Part shown: in pieces, positions 61,671 to 64,000 of the stretch | How the letters are laid out: every line of letters begins with the position of its first letter | Numbering within the stretch: the first letter of the stretch is position 1 | Assembly: GCA_013239625.1 (NCBI GenBank) | Contig: MU053881.1 | Location: 4,981,957 to 5,045,956 of the forward strand | Reading direction: 5' to 3' | From: Lama guanicoe | Taxonomy: Eukaryota | DNA length: 64,000 nt | Notes under the pieces: model-generated | What the model was told of the DNA's origin: nothing | Database searches by the model: none | What the model saw: only the letters and a program-made list of their open reading frames with translations | Program-made: the position numbers and the translations under genes

Positions 61671-62011
61671 TGAGACGTTTATTTTTTAAATGGCTAGAAA
61701 TATACTCATGCCCAAACCTCCAAGAGCCTAACAGGTGTGAAGAGAAAAGTAAGTCTCCCTCCGAGCCCCGAGCCCCTGCTTCCCTGCCCAGGGGCAGCCA
61801 CTTTTGATGATTTCTGGTGTCTCCTTCCAGAAACAGGGATGCTATACCTTGCGGGGTTACAGTCAGGACAGAGATGAGCTGTGGAACTCGAGGCAGGGCC
61901 CAGCAAGATGCCCACCATTTCTCCCCTCCTCCTTCCCTCCCTGGCCCAGCAGTTCTGCAGAGGGAGGGCAGGCACCGGCCCGGGAGCCATGGCGAGAAGG
62001 GGGCTACTCAC

Positions 62012-62073
62012 TAATGGCCCCGGTGTACGTCGGCTGCGTGAGGTCCTTGGGCACCTTCCTGTAGATGTCAAAC
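62012..62073 (-). CDS. ERGIC1: ERGIC1 coding exon 2 (62 nt): (R)FDIYRKVPKDLTQPTYTGAI(I)
   Basis: Acceptor ctgcag|GTTTGAC and donor ATTA|gtgagt; peptide seen in ORF 62004..62231. Confidence 0.96.
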
Positions 62074-63672
62074 CTGCAGAGAGCAAAGGGGACAGGGGTG
62101 AGGTGGGCGCAGAGGGCAGGGGTCGGGCAGCGGGGGAAACGGTGCTGGCTGGTGTACCACACGGGTCGGAGGGCTGCCATCCCAAAAGGCCTGAAGGATG
62201 TTCCCCTGTTGGGACCTGCCCCCCACCCCACCTTGTCACACTTCCTTACAACTTATCACCCCCGAGACAGATGGCCTTGACCCTCATCTGGCCATGGCTC
62301 TTGGTTGGTCTTCCCCCATCAGAGTGTAACCTGCACGAGGGCAGGGACCTTGTTAGGGGTTGTCCCCTGCTGTGTCTCCAGACCCTCGTCGGGGCCCCCA
62401 GTAAGCGTCAGTGGCATGACTGAACCCGAGTCCTGGCTTTCTCTGACGCTGGGAGGAACAGGGAAACGCAGTCTTTCCTGAGGTCTCTGACGGAGCTACA
62501 CTCCCGCCTGGCGTCACCTCTCCGCCCCCTCTTCCCTTTCCTCCTCCACCTTCTCCTCCTGTTCCACTCCCCCCCTTCCCCAGCTCCTGCAGCCTATTCT
62601 GGGAGAGTCTCCTCAACTCCAAGGTATGAGGTGAACAGAAAAAACCTGCCTGGGGCCCACGACCTCAGCATCAGCTCCTGACTGCCAGCTAGTGTGGGTT
62701 TCCGCCCAGATGCAGAGCAGACGCCCTTCTTTCATCTGGATCCCACCAGAGCCCACAGGGGTGGTGGGGGTGCAGTGGAAGAATTGGGGGTTTTGGAGAC
62801 AGACTGACGTGGGTGTCATTCTGGCCACTTGTTTTAAGAGTTAGGGCTCTAGCATCAGATTGCCCTGGGTTCAGATCTTGGCTGGTCGTCTTCCTTGCTG
62901 TGTGACTCTAGGAAAACGACTTCACCTCTCTGAGCCCCAGTCACCCTGTCTGTAGAAACGGGGCTACTACCACGAGACCAGGCCACTGCGAGGAGGTGTA
63001 AGGGACTGGACACAGCATTCCCAGGGGAGCCTCTTCCGGCACTTGGTTTCCTCCCCTTCACTTGAACCTGAGCAGGTGGTTCTCAGCCCAATTCTACCAA
63101 CGGAGCTCTAGGTCCACACCGTGTTCCCAGCTCTCGGGTGGAGAGGCCAGCTGCTCCGGCCCTCGGGGGACCAGCTGGCGTGTGGTTCCTCTTGGGTGAT
63201 TGGGAAACAATGTTAGTGCCTTGCTAACCCCGATGCAACGACCTGGAAATCTTGCATAAGATCTGACACTTGACTCCTCTGCACTCGCTCTAATTACAGG
63301 TGAACGTACTTGATTTCCCGTGACCTCAGGGGAAAAAGATTCCTGTGGGCTGCGGAATTAAAGGCATCACTGTCCTTCCTACCTGCTCAGCTACCAGCAG
63401 CCTGTACTGAGGCCCCAAAGGGGACGAGAAACTGGAGCTGGGAGTGTGGTCAGGAGAGGAGTGTGACTCATGTGACTCAACTACCCACACCTACTCACCT
63501 CCCTTACTCCAGTGCCGCCCCTTTAGCTGTGAGAGGCTAATATCAGAGGGAAGAGTGTGCCCTATGGAGTTAGCCTGCCTGGACTCAAATGTGGTCCCAC
63601 TACTGTGTGATCTTGCGTGCATCACTTAACCTCTCTGGGCCTCAGTTCCTCTGTCTGCAAAATGGTGGCAAC

Positions 63673-63799
63673 GGAGGGGAAGGGTATATATAGCTCAGTG
63701 GTAGAGAACGTGCGTAGCATGCACAAGGTCCCGGGTTCAATCCCCAATATCTCGATTAAATAAAACCTAATCACCTCCCCCCACTTAAAAAAAAAAAAA
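63673..63799 (+). mobile_element. tRNA-derived SINE, long form, inserted in a MIR
   Basis: tagctcagtggtagagaacg...gggttcaatcccc...aaacctaatcacctcccc plus an A-tail. TSD aaaatggtggcaac versus aaaaggaggcaac. Confidence 0.88.
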
Positions 63800-64000
63800 G
63801 GAGGCAACAATAGTAAGTATGTCACAGCATAGGGCCGAGGACCAAATGACTTAGTACACATAAAGCACTTAGACCCATGCTTGGCCCCCAGGAAGTGCGA
63901 CGTGAGTATCCGCTGTTACTGTGACTGATGTTCATCTGGCCGACATTTACGAGCACCTACTATGTGCCAGCCCTCTTTTAGGTACTAGGGACGTGGGGAC

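Larger units (their letters stand above)
8800..62073 (-). other. ERGIC1: ERGIC1 gene span in window (exons 2-10 plus 3'UTR); exon 1 is outside the window to the right
   Basis: Nine GT-AG exons of 62, 73, 95, 125, 105, 61, 101, 123 and 108 coding nt splice into one open frame, FDIYRKVPKDLTQPTYTGAI...AWKKIQLGKMH*, recognisable as ER-Golgi intermediate compartment protein 1 (ERGIC-32). The 3' end near 8800 is inferred from the polyA signal. Confidence 0.97.

Noticed and set aside
1..64000. CRISPR arrays, operons or prokaryote-type defence systems
   Set aside because: The sequence is mammalian intron-exon DNA, with no repeat-spacer arrays or dense coding blocks.

Overview
Mammalian genomic DNA, most likely camelid, inferred from at least eight copies of a tRNA-derived SINE resembling the camelid Vic-1 family. 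The window holds two genes on the minus strand, in the same order as the human ERGIC1-RPL26L1 locus. ERGIC1 coding exons 2-10 span 62073 to 10494. All splice sites are GT-AG with consistent phases, the ORF is intact, and a 3'UTR of about 1.7 kb ends at an ATTAAA near 8822; exon 1 lies beyond the right edge. The 5' end of RPL26L1 comprises a CpG-island promoter, a probable non-coding exon 1 and coding exon 2 (3372-3548); later exons lie beyond the left edge. The rest is intronic or intergenic and dense in SINE, L1, L2, MIR, MaLR LTR and DNA-transposon fossils. No wholly new biological system can be supported. The best leads are: an unusually diverged RPL26L1 N-terminus beside a near-invariant ERGIC1; a possible in-frame ERGIC1-RPL26L1 read-through splice; direct repeats flanking the symmetric exon 9; a SINE-L1 composite; a mariner transposase relic; and an AP-1/MARE motif cluster. 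Comparisons with human proteins and repeat consensus sequences are from memory, not from searches.
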